Assembly: GCA_965215005.1 (NCBI GenBank)
Contig: CBDCCZ010000060.1
Span: forward strand, 96,001 to 160,000
Length of the DNA stretch: 64,000 nt
Direction of reading: 5' to 3'
Origin: Kofleriaceae bacterium
GTDB taxonomy: Bacteria > Myxococcota_A > Polyangia > Haliangiales > Haliangiaceae
The stretch's first letter is position 1. The number at the start of each line of letters is the position of its first letter. Positions 42,449-51,810 of the stretch are shown here, one piece after another. A model generated the notes under the pieces. That model was not told the origin of the DNA, did no database searches, and saw only the letters and a program-made list of their open reading frames with translations. Both the position numbers and the translations under genes were made by a program.

Positions 42449-43858
42449 ATGCGCAACAGGTTGGTATCGGTGTGCTCGTTGCTAGGATTCGTGCCTATCA
42501 TCGCTCTCGGGGGATGTCTCGCCGAGGATGCTAGCGGCTCCGAGGAAGATGTCGGTTCCACTGCATTGGCAGCCAAGTCGCCGCCGGGCTTGGCGAAGAA
42601 GGTCCGAGATTTGGCAGCTGAACACGGCGTTGGACCCGTGGCAGCGGCGCCGACCATTCGACCGGCGTTGGTCGAGCTCGGACAAGCGCTGGCGTTCGAC
42701 AAGATCTTGAGTGGCAACCAAAACATCTCTTGTATGACCTGCCACCACCCCGACCTCGGTCTAGGGGACCAGCGTTCTCTGTCAGTTGGAGAAGGAGGCG
42801 CGGGTCTGGGACTGTTGCGCCTTCATCCCGACGGAACCTTCATCCCGCGCAACGCGCCATCGCTGTTCAACCTGCATCTACTAGGCACGATGTTCTGGGA
42901 CGGCCGTGTAAAGCAGACCGCCTCAGGCGAGCTCATCACCCCAGCGGGCGCGCAACTCACCCCCGCCATGAAGGCGGTGTTCGAGTTCGGCGCGGTCTCG
43001 GCGCAGGCGATGTTTCCGGTCACCTCGATGGAAGAGATGCGTGGTCATGCGGGGCAGAACCCGATCGCCAATATCCCTGCCAGCGACTTCACCGCTATCT
43101 GGAATGCCTACATGAGCCGACTGCAGGCAATTCCGCGCTACGAAGTACTATTCGAAGCTGCCTATCCGGGTACCGACTTCAGCGACATGACCTTTGCTCA
43201 CGCGGCCAATGCCATCGCTGGATTCGAGATAGCGGCCTACTCAGCGACGAACACCGACTGGGATCGCTTCTTGGCTGGCAACAACGATGCGTTGACGCAA
43301 GACGAGCTAAAGGGGGCGGAGGCGTTCTTCACCAAGGGCGCCTGTGCGGGTTGCCACTCTGGACCGGCGTTCACCAACCTCGATCACCACAATACCGGAT
43401 TAGCTCAGCTCGGTCCGGGCAAAGGGGATGGCGCCGACGGCCGTGATGACTTTGGCCGACAACGGGTATCGGGAGCCGTCGCGGACCGCTACAAGTTCCG
43501 CACGCCGCCACTGCGCAACGTCGCCATCACCGGCCCGTGGGGACACGACGGCCAGTTCACCGACTTGACCAACTTCGTGCGTCACTACAACGATCCGCAC
43601 GCGCAGCTGCTGGCTTACGACCCGACCGAGGTCGAAGAAGCGCTGCGTCCGACGATTCTCGATACCTTCGCGCAGATCAGCGCGACGATCGATCCGCTCA
43701 TGAACGACGCCAATCTCAACGAGGTCGAGATCGGCCGTATCGTCCTGTTCCTCGATACGCTAACCGACCCAGCCTCGCTCGACCTCATCCACACCGTGCC
43801 CGAGAGCGTGCCGAGCGGCATTCCTCTGGGCGACGACCTGGGCTCGCTCGTGCCGTAG
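42449..43858 (+). CDS. Di-heme cytochrome c peroxidase/MauG superfamily lipoprotein
   Basis: CMTCH and CAGCH heme motifs, RNAPSL, FWDGR, FRTPPLRNV; GGGAGG SD; lipobox LGGC. Confidence 0.93.
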   Translation: MRNRLVSVCSLLGFVPIIALGGCLAEDASGSEEDVGSTALAAKSPPGLAKKVRDLAAEHGVGPVAAAPTIRPALVELGQALAFDKILSGNQNISCMTCHHPDLGLGDQRSLSVGEGGAGLGLLRLHPDGTFIPRNAPSLFNLHLLGTMFWDGRVKQTASGELITPAGAQLTPAMKAVFEFGAVSAQAMFPVTSMEEMRGHAGQNPIANIPASDFTAIWNAYMSRLQAIPRYEVLFEAAYPGTDFSDMTFAHAANAIAGFEIAAYSATNTDWDRFLAGNNDALTQDELKGAEAFFTKGACAGCHSGPAFTNLDHHNTGLAQLGPGKGDGADGRDDFGRQRVSGAVADRYKFRTPPLRNVAITGPWGHDGQFTDLTNFVRHYNDPHAQLLAYDPTEVEEALRPTILDTFAQISATIDPLMNDANLNEVEIGRIVLFLDTLTDPASLDLIHTVPESVPSGIPLGDDLGSLVP

Positions 43859-43887
43859 CACGCGGGAAGGTCGCCGGATAATCAACG

Positions 43888-43925
43888 AGCGTCGCGCTGC
43901 TGCTTAGCGAGAGCAGCGCGACGCT
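43888..43925. terminator. 14-bp perfect hairpin between convergent genes
   Basis: AGCGTCGCGCTGCT / AGCAGCGCGACGCT; no U-tract on either strand. Confidence 0.6.
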
Positions 43926-43935
43926 GGTGAGCTCA

Positions 43936-45255
43936 TCAATCGTAGTATTCAGCGCCCAAGTGGGTGATGAGCTCATCGCCCTTGGTGTAGCGCAGCGTGT
44001 TCTTCAGCTTCATGAGCTGAATGAACAGGTCATGCTCGGGATACAGCCCCGGCGGGGTCATGGGGCTCTTGAAGTAGAACGAGAGCCACTCTTGAATTCC
44101 CTGCATTCCGGCGCGCTTGGCAAAGTCCATGAACAACGCCAAGTCGAGCACGATCGGAGCGGCGAGGATGGAGTCGCGGCACAAAAAGTCGACTTTGATC
44201 TGCATCGGGTAGTTCAGCCACCCGAAGATGTCGATGTTGTCCCAGCCCTCTTTGTTGTCGCCACGCGGCGGATAATAGTTGATGCGAACCTTGTGATAGA
44301 GGTCCTTGTAGAGATCTGGGTAGGTCTCGGGCTGCAAGATATAGTCGAGCACGCCGAGCTTGGAGATCTCTTTGGTCTTGAACGAGTCGGGGTCGTCGAG
44401 GACCTCGCCGTCGCGGTTGCCCAAGATGTTGGTCGAGAACCAGCCCTGAATGCCCAAGAGGCGCGCTTTGAAGCCAGGCGCCAAAATGGTCTTCATCAGC
44501 GTCTGGCCGGTCTTGAAGTCCTTGCCACAGATCGGCGTCTGCGTCTGCTTGCACAGCTCTTGAATCGCTGGAATGTCGACGCTGAGGTTAGGAGCGCCGT
44601 TGGCGTATGGAACGCCGAGCTTGGCGCACGCGTAGGCGTAGATCTGCGATGGGGCGATGGCGTCGCTGCTTTGCCGCAAGCCTTGCTCGAACTTCTCGAG
44701 CGACGAGTGGACCTCGCCGGGTTGACGATAGACTTCCGTGGAGCCGCACCAAACGGCAACCAGCCGCTCGCAGCCGTTGTCGGCCTTGAAGCGGCGGATG
44801 TCTTCCATGAGCTGCTCAGCGAGATCCATCTTGGAGCCGCCCTGCTTCACGTGGTCACCGTGCAGCTTCTTGACGTAGGCTTGCTCGAAGACTGCCTTCA
44901 TTGGCTTGACGCTGCTGAGCTCGTCTTTGATCGCCGCCAGCAGCTCTTTTTCGAGCACTCCGGCTTTGGATGCCGCCTCGAACGCGTCTTCGGCAAAGAC
45001 ATCCCAGCCGCCAAATACCAAGTCATCGAGCGTGGCGAGCGAGACGTAGTCGCGAATGGTGGGCACGCGGCCCTCGGTGCGTTTCCCGAGCCGTATGGTG
45101 CCCATTTCCGTGAGCGAGCCAATCGGCTTGGCGAGGCCACGGCGAATGGCTTGAACACCAGCGATGAACGTTGTTGCGACCGCGCCCATGCCCGGCAGCA
45201 GCACCCCGAGCTTGCCGGATGCAGGGGTGACTTCGACGCCTTTTTTGAGAGCCAT
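43936..45255 (-). CDS. ino1: myo-Inositol-1(3)-phosphate synthase
   Basis: PGMGAVATT, FGGWD, STE, GKDFKTGQT, NILGNRDG, DNKEGWD, CRDSILAAPIVLDL, YFKSP. Confidence 0.96.
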   Translation of the reverse strand: MALKKGVEVTPASGKLGVLLPGMGAVATTFIAGVQAIRRGLAKPIGSLTEMGTIRLGKRTEGRVPTIRDYVSLATLDDLVFGGWDVFAEDAFEAASKAGVLEKELLAAIKDELSSVKPMKAVFEQAYVKKLHGDHVKQGGSKMDLAEQLMEDIRRFKADNGCERLVAVWCGSTEVYRQPGEVHSSLEKFEQGLRQSSDAIAPSQIYAYACAKLGVPYANGAPNLSVDIPAIQELCKQTQTPICGKDFKTGQTLMKTILAPGFKARLLGIQGWFSTNILGNRDGEVLDDPDSFKTKEISKLGVLDYILQPETYPDLYKDLYHKVRINYYPPRGDNKEGWDNIDIFGWLNYPMQIKVDFLCRDSILAAPIVLDLALFMDFAKRAGMQGIQEWLSFYFKSPMTPPGLYPEHDLFIQLMKLKNTLRYTKGDELITHLGAEYYD

Positions 45256-45537
45256 GAGATGTCTCCTGAGCAGAGCGCGAGCAGGCAGTGAAAATGCGGC
45301 GTATGCGCGGCATCGAGCCTAGCGCTCCTCGCTGAATCAATCGCGGGACGTTGCCTCAGTTGCCCGAGCCGCGCAAGCCCCGTAGCTCGGTTTGCTCCGC
45401 GGAGCGACTCCCACAGCTTTCGGAAACTCGTCATGAGCAAATCATGGGTGGCGCGTTCGCGGCTGGGGCCGGTGGCCTTCCCCTTGCACTGCGGGCGGAG
45501 ACAGTGCTCGCTCGCGCGCGAGCCAGAAGGAATCACG

Positions 45538-46299
45538 ATGGCCACCACCGCAGTCATTCTCGCCGCTGGCCGCGGCAGCCGCCTCGATCCCGGCGGTAAC
45601 ACGCTCGAGTTCTCAAAGCCCCTCATGAAGGTCGGCGGCCAGACCTTGCTCGAGCGCACGGTGAGCTGTTGCCGAGCTGGCGGCGCCCGGCGCATCGTGA
45701 TCGTGAGCGGCTTTCGCGCCGAGCTCGTCGCCGCCGAAGCACATAGAATCGATCGCGGGGACCTCACCGTTGTCTTCAATGAAGACTGGCAGAAGTCCAA
45801 TGGGCTGTCGCTCTACTCGTGCCGTCACGAGGTGGAGGACGACTTTGCTCTAATGATGAGCGACCATATCTTCGACCCCTCGATTCTCGCGGATCTGATG
45901 GCGTTGGCGGTGCCGCCGGCCTCGGTGACCCTGGCGGTCGACCGCAAGGTCGAACAAGTTTTCGATCTCGATGACGCTACCAAAGTGCGCATCGACGAAG
46001 CGGGTCGCATCGCCGCCATTTCGAAGCAGCTCGAGCACTACAACGCCATCGATTGCGGGCTGTTTTTGTGCACGCAACGCATCTTTGCGGCGCTGGCCGA
46101 GGCGATGGCCGGGCGTGGCGACTGTAGCTTGTCGGAAGGCATGGCTTTGATTGGCCGGCAGGGCAAGTTTCTGCCGTTCGACATTGGCGGGCGCTGGTGG
46201 CAAGACGTCGACACCCCGGAAATGTTGGCCAACGCGCAGAGCCTGCTGCACGGCGAGCGCATTCCGGCACCAGAGCAGCCGGCACGGGCGGCCTCGTGA
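45538..46299 (+). CDS. Nucleotidyltransferase resembling CTP:inositol-1-phosphate cytidylyltransferase (IPCT/LicC-like)
   Basis: ILAAGRGSRL, KPL, SNGLSL, MMSDH, DDATKV, IDCGLF, WQDVDT; divergent from ino1. Confidence 0.85.
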   Translation: MATTAVILAAGRGSRLDPGGNTLEFSKPLMKVGGQTLLERTVSCCRAGGARRIVIVSGFRAELVAAEAHRIDRGDLTVVFNEDWQKSNGLSLYSCRHEVEDDFALMMSDHIFDPSILADLMALAVPPASVTLAVDRKVEQVFDLDDATKVRIDEAGRIAAISKQLEHYNAIDCGLFLCTQRIFAALAEAMAGRGDCSLSEGMALIGRQGKFLPFDIGGRWWQDVDTPEMLANAQSLLHGERIPAPEQPARAAS

Positions 46300-46442
46300 C
46301 AGTGACTCGCCGGCATCGGAAAGGTCGCTACCTGGTGTCGAAACGGTGACGATTCCCCACCTCGAGTGGTAGCAATTCAACACTTCGGTGTCGTCGGGCG
46401 CGGGAAGTGACTGAGGGGTGACGCGGCGGTCTCGTAGCGTCG

Positions 46443-46458
46443 TGGCACGTGCCTTGCT
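46443..46458 (+). promoter_or_regulatory. Sigma-54 promoter
   Basis: TGGCAC-GTGCC-TTGCT, an exact match to TGGCAC-N5-TTGCW, about 30 nt before ATG 46490. Confidence 0.8.
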
Positions 46459-46489
46459 GTTTCCGCTACTTCTGGACGCTGGAGCTCCC

Positions 46490-48322
46490 ATGATTCGTCG
46501 CGCCATTCTTCTTGCTCACCGCCTCGTGTTCGATGGCGGCAGTGAGCTTTCACCCTCTTCTGTCGCGTTGCTGCGGCGGTCGCTCGCGGTGATGGCCAAG
46601 GCCGGAATTCGCGAGGTCTGCGTCGTCGATGGCGAGCGCGCCGAGGAGTTGCGCGAGGCGCTCGTGCTCGCAGAGCTGCCGACGCTGCGAGTGCGGGTCC
46701 TTGCCAACCGATCGTGGAAGAAAGCGTCAGGATCGGCGCTGCTGGTGGCTCGTGATTTCTTGGCCATGGGCCCTTGCTTGGTGCTGCGCGGCGACCGGCC
46801 ACTCGAGGTCGACACGGTAATCGCCTTGGCTCAGGCCGAGCTCGAGGCTCACGAGGCAGCAATCGTGGTCGCCGATGCGCCGGACACCGACGTGAGCGAC
46901 GAAGTCAAAGTTCGGCTTTGTGGCGGCGACGTTCGCAGCATCGGCCTGGATCTGGTTCCGTTCGATGCGATCTTCACCGGGCACGCCTCAGTGACGCCGG
47001 CAATCATCGAGCTGCTCGCGAAGATTCCCAACCCTGAGCTCGAAGACACGCTGGTGGAGTTGGCTGTGAGCCGGCGAATTCGTGCACTTCCGGGGCGCCT
47101 GGCGTGGCCATGGGGGATTCGGCGTCCCACCGAGGTGCGCGAGAACGTCGCCGCGATCCTCGAAAGCAAGCATCATCCGCGGCACACGCTGCTAAATCCC
47201 GGTCCGGTGAACACCACCGCGGGCGTCAAAGCGGCACTCATTCACCATGATGTTTGTCACCGTGACTCGAGCTTCAGTGAGCTCATGGTCTCGCTCACAG
47301 GAAAGCTTCGGCGCATCTTTCGCGCCACTCCACATCACACCTGTGTGCTGGTGACCGGTAGCGGAACCGCAGCGATGGAAACTGCAGTGGCCTCTGCGGT
47401 GCCGCGCGGCGGCAAGATCTTAGTGATCGATAACGGCGCCTTCGGCGAGCGCCTGTACGAGGTCGCTCGGCTCCACGAGATGGATATCGTGCACCTTCGC
47501 TATGCGTGGGGCGACTTGGTCAAACCAGCCGACGTCGCGCGCGCCTTCGAAGAGCATCCCGATATCGCGGTGGTGGCAATGTGCCATCACGAGACCTCGG
47601 TGGGACTGCTCAATCCGGTGCGCGAGGTTGGCCAATTGTGTCGGCGGCACGACGCGCTACTCATCGTTGACGCGGTGTCATCGTTAGGCTCCGAAGATAT
47701 CGATGTGGTTCGTGACCACGTCGATATCTGCTATTCGAGCGCGAACAAGTGCCTACACGCCATCAGCGGCGTTGGTTTCTTGTGCGTTTCACCGCGGACT
47801 TGGCAAAAGATCGAGTCGATCAAGCCGCGGTCGTATTACCTCGACCTCAAGCGATATCGCCGGTCCATGGAAGAGCTGGCGCAAACGCCATTTACACCGG
47901 CGGTGTCTACTTATTTTGCGCTCGATGCGGCATGCGCGGAATTTCTAACTGACGGCCACGCAGCGCGCTGGTCGATGTACCGGCGGCGCAATCGACTGCT
48001 GCGCGATGGGCTAGCCGAGCTCGGTATGGTGCCATTTACTCGCACCGGCAAAGAGTCCCACTCGGTCGTCACGTGTGCGGTCCCCGAAGGCATTGCCTTC
48101 CATCAGCTCTACGATCGCCTCAAGGCACACGGCTACATCATTTATGGCTGCAAGGATGTCTTGGCCGAGCGGTTTCTCCAGGTCGCCAACATGGGCGACT
48201 TGGACGATGGGATGATCAGGCGGTTCCTCGAGACTGTAGCAGCGGTGCTCGAGGAGCTTCGCGTTGCCAATGGGTTGATTCCGGCACTGGCCTCGCCACG
48301 CTGGGCCCGCGCCACCGCGTAA
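46490..48322 (+). CDS. Fusion of a degenerate nucleotidyltransferase domain and a class-V PLP aminotransferase (PhnW/AEP-transaminase-like)
   Basis: C-domain LLNPGP, HRD, GSGTAAME, NGAFGER, HHETS.G.LNP, DAVSS, SSANKC, TPFTP; N-domain is colinear with the upstream IPCT but lacks AAGxGxR and DVD. Confidence 0.85.
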   Translation: MIRRAILLAHRLVFDGGSELSPSSVALLRRSLAVMAKAGIREVCVVDGERAEELREALVLAELPTLRVRVLANRSWKKASGSALLVARDFLAMGPCLVLRGDRPLEVDTVIALAQAELEAHEAAIVVADAPDTDVSDEVKVRLCGGDVRSIGLDLVPFDAIFTGHASVTPAIIELLAKIPNPELEDTLVELAVSRRIRALPGRLAWPWGIRRPTEVRENVAAILESKHHPRHTLLNPGPVNTTAGVKAALIHHDVCHRDSSFSELMVSLTGKLRRIFRATPHHTCVLVTGSGTAAMETAVASAVPRGGKILVIDNGAFGERLYEVARLHEMDIVHLRYAWGDLVKPADVARAFEEHPDIAVVAMCHHETSVGLLNPVREVGQLCRRHDALLIVDAVSSLGSEDIDVVRDHVDICYSSANKCLHAISGVGFLCVSPRTWQKIESIKPRSYYLDLKRYRRSMEELAQTPFTPAVSTYFALDAACAEFLTDGHAARWSMYRRRNRLLRDGLAELGMVPFTRTGKESHSVVTCAVPEGIAFHQLYDRLKAHGYIIYGCKDVLAERFLQVANMGDLDDGMIRRFLETVAAVLEELRVANGLIPALASPRWARATA

Positions 48323-48548
48323 GCGCGCGTTGTCGAAACCGCCGCCGGGCTCTCGTGCGCCGTGGGCTCGCCGGCGCAGCCTCGCTGGCGATTCGAGCCG
48401 CGGGCCGCGGTGGCGCCGCTCGTCGAGCTCGTCGTCAGCGCGCCAGCTGTGGCTGGTTGCCGCGCTGCGCCATCAGCGAAATGCGGCTCTGAAAAAAAGT
48501 TTCAACCGCGTGGTCGCCTCACGCCACAAAACGAACGAGGTAACCATC

Positions 48549-49157
48549 ATGACGAAAATTTACTCTGCTATTGCATTGTCGTCGCTCACCATCGGCTGCG
48601 TTGCTGGAAGTGGGCGTGTGGAAACGGGAACCCGAAGCGATGGCGTCGAGGTCGCGTGTGAAGCGCCGCCGGATGACGATGTGTGGGTGTGCAATCCCGA
48701 GCCGGGCCAGGACGATCCTTCGATGGACCCGCCTGCCGACGAAGGCGCTCCGCCCACCGACACGTGTGAAGGGCGCAGCGGCGCGTTGGTGTTGTGGCCA
48801 CCCAATCACAAGCTCCACACCATCGATGTGCTCGACTGCGCCGCGTTGACCTACTGCGATGACGACATGAGCTTTGATCCGTCTATCTGGCACATTGTCG
48901 CGGTCACCAGCGACGAGCCGGTGGACGTGGGCGGCGGCGGCGACGGTCACACTGATAAGTTTGATATGGCGATTGTTGATGCTCGCACCGTCGAGCTCAG
49001 GTCTGAGCGCCAAGGCAAGGGCGATGGACGCGTCTATCGCGCGCTTCTCGCCAGCGATGACGGCGACCTCGCGGCCTGCGAGGTTCACGTGCCGCACAAT
49101 CAAGGGCCGGTAGTCGGCGCCGTCGACAGCGGCGAAGCCGAGCGCATTGACGGTTGA
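48549..49157 (+). CDS. Hypothetical lipoprotein with LWPPNHK-type beta domain
   Basis: Lipobox TIGC, GAGG SD, LWPPNHK..., VTSDEP, LRSERQGKGDGRVY, VPH. Confidence 0.75.
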   Translation: MTKIYSAIALSSLTIGCVAGSGRVETGTRSDGVEVACEAPPDDDVWVCNPEPGQDDPSMDPPADEGAPPTDTCEGRSGALVLWPPNHKLHTIDVLDCAALTYCDDDMSFDPSIWHIVAVTSDEPVDVGGGGDGHTDKFDMAIVDARTVELRSERQGKGDGRVYRALLASDDGDLAACEVHVPHNQGPVVGAVDSGEAERIDG

Positions 49158-49170
49158 GGGCTGAAACTAG

Positions 49171-49198
49171 AAAGGGAGCCCGCGAAAGGGCTCCCTTT
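49171..49198. terminator. Bidirectional Rho-independent terminator
   Basis: AAAGGGAGCCC-GCGAAA-GGGCTCCCTTT between convergent genes. Confidence 0.85.
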
Positions 49199-49219
49199 AC
49201 CAACGCCGTCTGAGGTTAC

Positions 49220-50731
49220 TTACTTGCTGATGGCGATGTAGTTGGTGACGCCGCCGCGAGCGACTAGCAGTAGTACCGAGTCCTTGCGCTGCTTGCTGAG
49301 CTGCCAGAACTCTTTGGTCGACCCCACCGCTCGCCGATTGACCTCCAGGATGACATCACCCGGGCGCAAACCGGCGCGCGCTGCCTTGGAATTGCGCGCT
49401 ACTTTGGTGATCACCACGCCCTTCGTGATGCTGTCCGGTAGCTGGAGCTGGGCTCGTGCCTGCGGCGAAAGGTTGGTGGCGGTGACGCCGCTCAGAACGC
49501 CGGCGCCCTCCCGCGTCTGCGTCTCTTCGCGGGTTTCATCGGCAAGTGTACCGAGCTTGACCTTCACCTGCTGATTCTTGCCATTGCGAAGAATCGCGAG
49601 CGTCACGACCGAGTCGGGCGAGCGGGCCGCGATGATATTGCGCAGCGTGCCGCCCGAATCGGTTGCTTTGCCATCCACGGCGGTGATCACGTCGCCGCGC
49701 TGCAGGCCGGCCTTGGCCGCAGGACTGTTTGCCGAGACATCGGAGACCAAGACGCCGCTGGTGGCTGCGACGCCAAGTCCCTTCGCAAGCTCTCGATCCA
49801 TGTCTTGAATGGCAACTCCGAGCCAACCGCGGACGACACGGCCATCCTGCACCAAGCTCTTCATGATCGGCGCGATCATGTTCGAGGGAATCGCGAAGCC
49901 GATGCCGTGATTGCCACCGCTGCGGCTCAAGATCGCGGTGTTGATGCCGACCAGCTCGCCGTTGGTATTCACCAGCGCTCCGCCCGAGTTTCCGGGATTG
50001 ATTGCCGCATCGGTCTGGATGAAGTCTTCATAATCGACGATGCCCATATGCGACCGGCCCTTGGCCGACACGATTCCCATGGTAACCGTCTGGCCCACGC
50101 CAAAGGGATTGCCAATCGCGAGCACCACGTCACCGAGGCGCAGGTTGGTCGAGTCCCCGAACTTCGCGGGAACCAGCTTGGGCAGCTTGCCCTTTAGGCG
50201 CAGCACCGCGAGATCAGATTTGGGATCGCTGCCTACCACCTCGGCGTCGACTTCTTGGCCATCGTGTAGCGTAACCACGACGCCCTTGGCGTGCTCGACG
50301 ACGTGGTTGTTGGTCAGTACCAGTCCATCGGCGGCCACCACGACACCCGAGCCGAGGGCTTGCTGGGTGCGCTCACGGGGTTGCTCGGGCACTCCAAAGA
50401 ACTCGCGAAACATAGGGTCGTTGAGCATTGGCGACTGCGGGCCGCTCACGACATTTTCTGCAGCGATATTGACGACACTCGGCACTGCCATCTCAGCAAC
50501 GTCAGCCAAGGTCGTTGCGTCGCCTGCACTGGCGCTGCGCGCGAACGCTGGAGCTGGCGCAAAGACTTGCTTGAGTGAAGAGGCAATTGACTTGGTGGCA
50601 GTAGGATGACTCTCGGGGCCTGTGGCGCTAGCGGTGCTAGTCGAGCAGGCAGCGAGGTTGGCTGTTACGAGGAGGCTCATGCAGAGCACGAGCAGGCTCC
50701 TGAAGGGGCGCCCATAGGCGGCTTGGCGCAT
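49220..50731 (-). CDS. HtrA/DegP-DegQ (Do) serine endoprotease with two PDZ domains
   Basis: GSGV, TNNHVV, DLAV, IQTDAAINPGNSGG, RGWLGV, two PDZ domains; lipobox-like LAAC. Confidence 0.96.
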   Translation of the reverse strand: MRQAAYGRPFRSLLVLCMSLLVTANLAACSTSTASATGPESHPTATKSIASSLKQVFAPAPAFARSASAGDATTLADVAEMAVPSVVNIAAENVVSGPQSPMLNDPMFREFFGVPEQPRERTQQALGSGVVVAADGLVLTNNHVVEHAKGVVVTLHDGQEVDAEVVGSDPKSDLAVLRLKGKLPKLVPAKFGDSTNLRLGDVVLAIGNPFGVGQTVTMGIVSAKGRSHMGIVDYEDFIQTDAAINPGNSGGALVNTNGELVGINTAILSRSGGNHGIGFAIPSNMIAPIMKSLVQDGRVVRGWLGVAIQDMDRELAKGLGVAATSGVLVSDVSANSPAAKAGLQRGDVITAVDGKATDSGGTLRNIIAARSPDSVVTLAILRNGKNQQVKVKLGTLADETREETQTREGAGVLSGVTATNLSPQARAQLQLPDSITKGVVITKVARNSKAARAGLRPGDVILEVNRRAVGSTKEFWQLSKQRKDSVLLLVARGGVTNYIAISK

Positions 50732-50801
50732 GCGTGGCTCCTGTTGGTGTGAGGTTTCGGTCACGGCGTACTCGGTAATCACGACGTTCTCCTGATGCAA
50801 C

Positions 50802-50816
50802 GCAACGCGGGCACCA
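50802..50816 (-). promoter_or_regulatory. Possible sigma-54 promoter of the HtrA gene
   Basis: Minus strand TGGTGC-CCGCG-TTGC, GG-N10-GC spacing. Confidence 0.45.
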
Positions 50817-50895
50817 GGCTCGCGTGGTTTCAAAACCCTCAACCGCTGCACGGGGGGGCCTCTATTCCCGATTTCTCGGCGGAGCGTGTTTCCGT

Positions 50896-51017
50896 GGTTT
50901 ACGGCGTGAGTCGGGAACCGCAAGAAGAGCAAACGATCCTGGCGCGACGGGAAGAGCAGCGGGTGGTCGCGCTCGCCTTGCATCGGAGCGACCGACGCCT
51001 TAAGCGGCGTGGTGTAG
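50896..51017. repeat. Structured intergenic repeat, copy D (diverged)
   Basis: GGTTTACGGCGTGAGTCGGGAACCGCAAGAAGAGCAAACGATC matches the start of copy C; later GGTCGC..GCATCGG..GCGACC hairpin. Confidence 0.7.
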
Positions 51018-51030
51018 AGCACTCCCTGTA

Positions 51031-51810
51031 TCAGAATTGGCCGCGGAAGACCGGGGCAATCGCGGCGGGATCATCGGTCATAATGCCGTCGGCGCCGAGC
51101 GCCAAGAGGGCGCGCGCGTGCGCAGCATCATTGATGGTCCAAAAGTCGACCCGAACCCCGAGCTGGTGACACTTGTCGATGAACGTTTTCCGCGCGAGGG
51201 GAACGCCGGCCGCGGAAACCGGAACCTGCGCCGCGTTGCCAAAGCTCGGTATCCGGCGAATGACACTTCGCGGAGCAGATGCCAAAAGCGCCACTTCAGG
51301 GCGGGACAACGCCGTAGGGCCCTCGTACCCGTGCCGTCGCACCGCCACCAGCGTGCGCCAGTGAAAGCTCGCCAACGTCACCCTCTCGGTCGCGCGCAGC
51401 CGGCGCAGTAGCGAAACGGTCGCTTGCGTCATCGCGGGCCAGAGCTGCTTGAGATCGACGTTTAGCGGGGTCGGTGCCAGCTCGACGAGCACTTCTTCCA
51501 AGGTCGGCACGCCGATTCCCTTGCCCGCGAAGGTCCGAGCGCCGTCAGCGCTGCGAAATCCCCAGCCAACGTCCCACTGGCGAACTTCGGCGAGCGTGCA
51601 GTCGCGGATGCGAGCGTCAACGCCTGCCATGCGTTTGCCGCTCGCATCATGCGACAACACCACGTGACCATCGCGGGTGAGGTGGGCATCGGTCTCGATG
51701 GCGTCGGCGCCACATTCGAGCGCTCGGCGAAACGCGGCGAAGGTGTTCTCCGGCTGCTCGATGGCGGCGCCGCGATGGGCGTATAGCACCGGAGCGCGGC
51801 CGCGGTTCAC
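51031..51810 (-). CDS. Glycerophosphodiester phosphodiesterase
   Basis: AHRG, PENT..AF, ETD, HD, PTLEE, WTIND, GIMTD. Confidence 0.94.
   Translation of the reverse strand: MNRGRAPVLYAHRGAAIEQPENTFAAFRRALECGADAIETDAHLTRDGHVVLSHDASGKRMAGVDARIRDCTLAEVRQWDVGWGFRSADGARTFAGKGIGVPTLEEVLVELAPTPLNVDLKQLWPAMTQATVSLLRRLRATERVTLASFHWRTLVAVRRHGYEGPTALSRPEVALLASAPRSVIRRIPSFGNAAQVPVSAAGVPLARKTFIDKCHQLGVRVDFWTINDAAHARALLALGADGIMTDDPAAIAPVFRGQF

Noticed and set aside
43927..45291. 454-aa plus-strand ORF antisense to ino1, and many similar long shadow ORFs (3219-4265, 21278-22255, 34533-36233)
   Set aside because: They mirror well-supported genes; high-GC codon bias suppresses antisense stops; no motifs
45472..45488. 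TGGCCTTCCCTTGCA as a sigma-54 promoter for the cytidylyltransferase
   Set aside because: GG-to-GC spacing is 9 rather than the required 10
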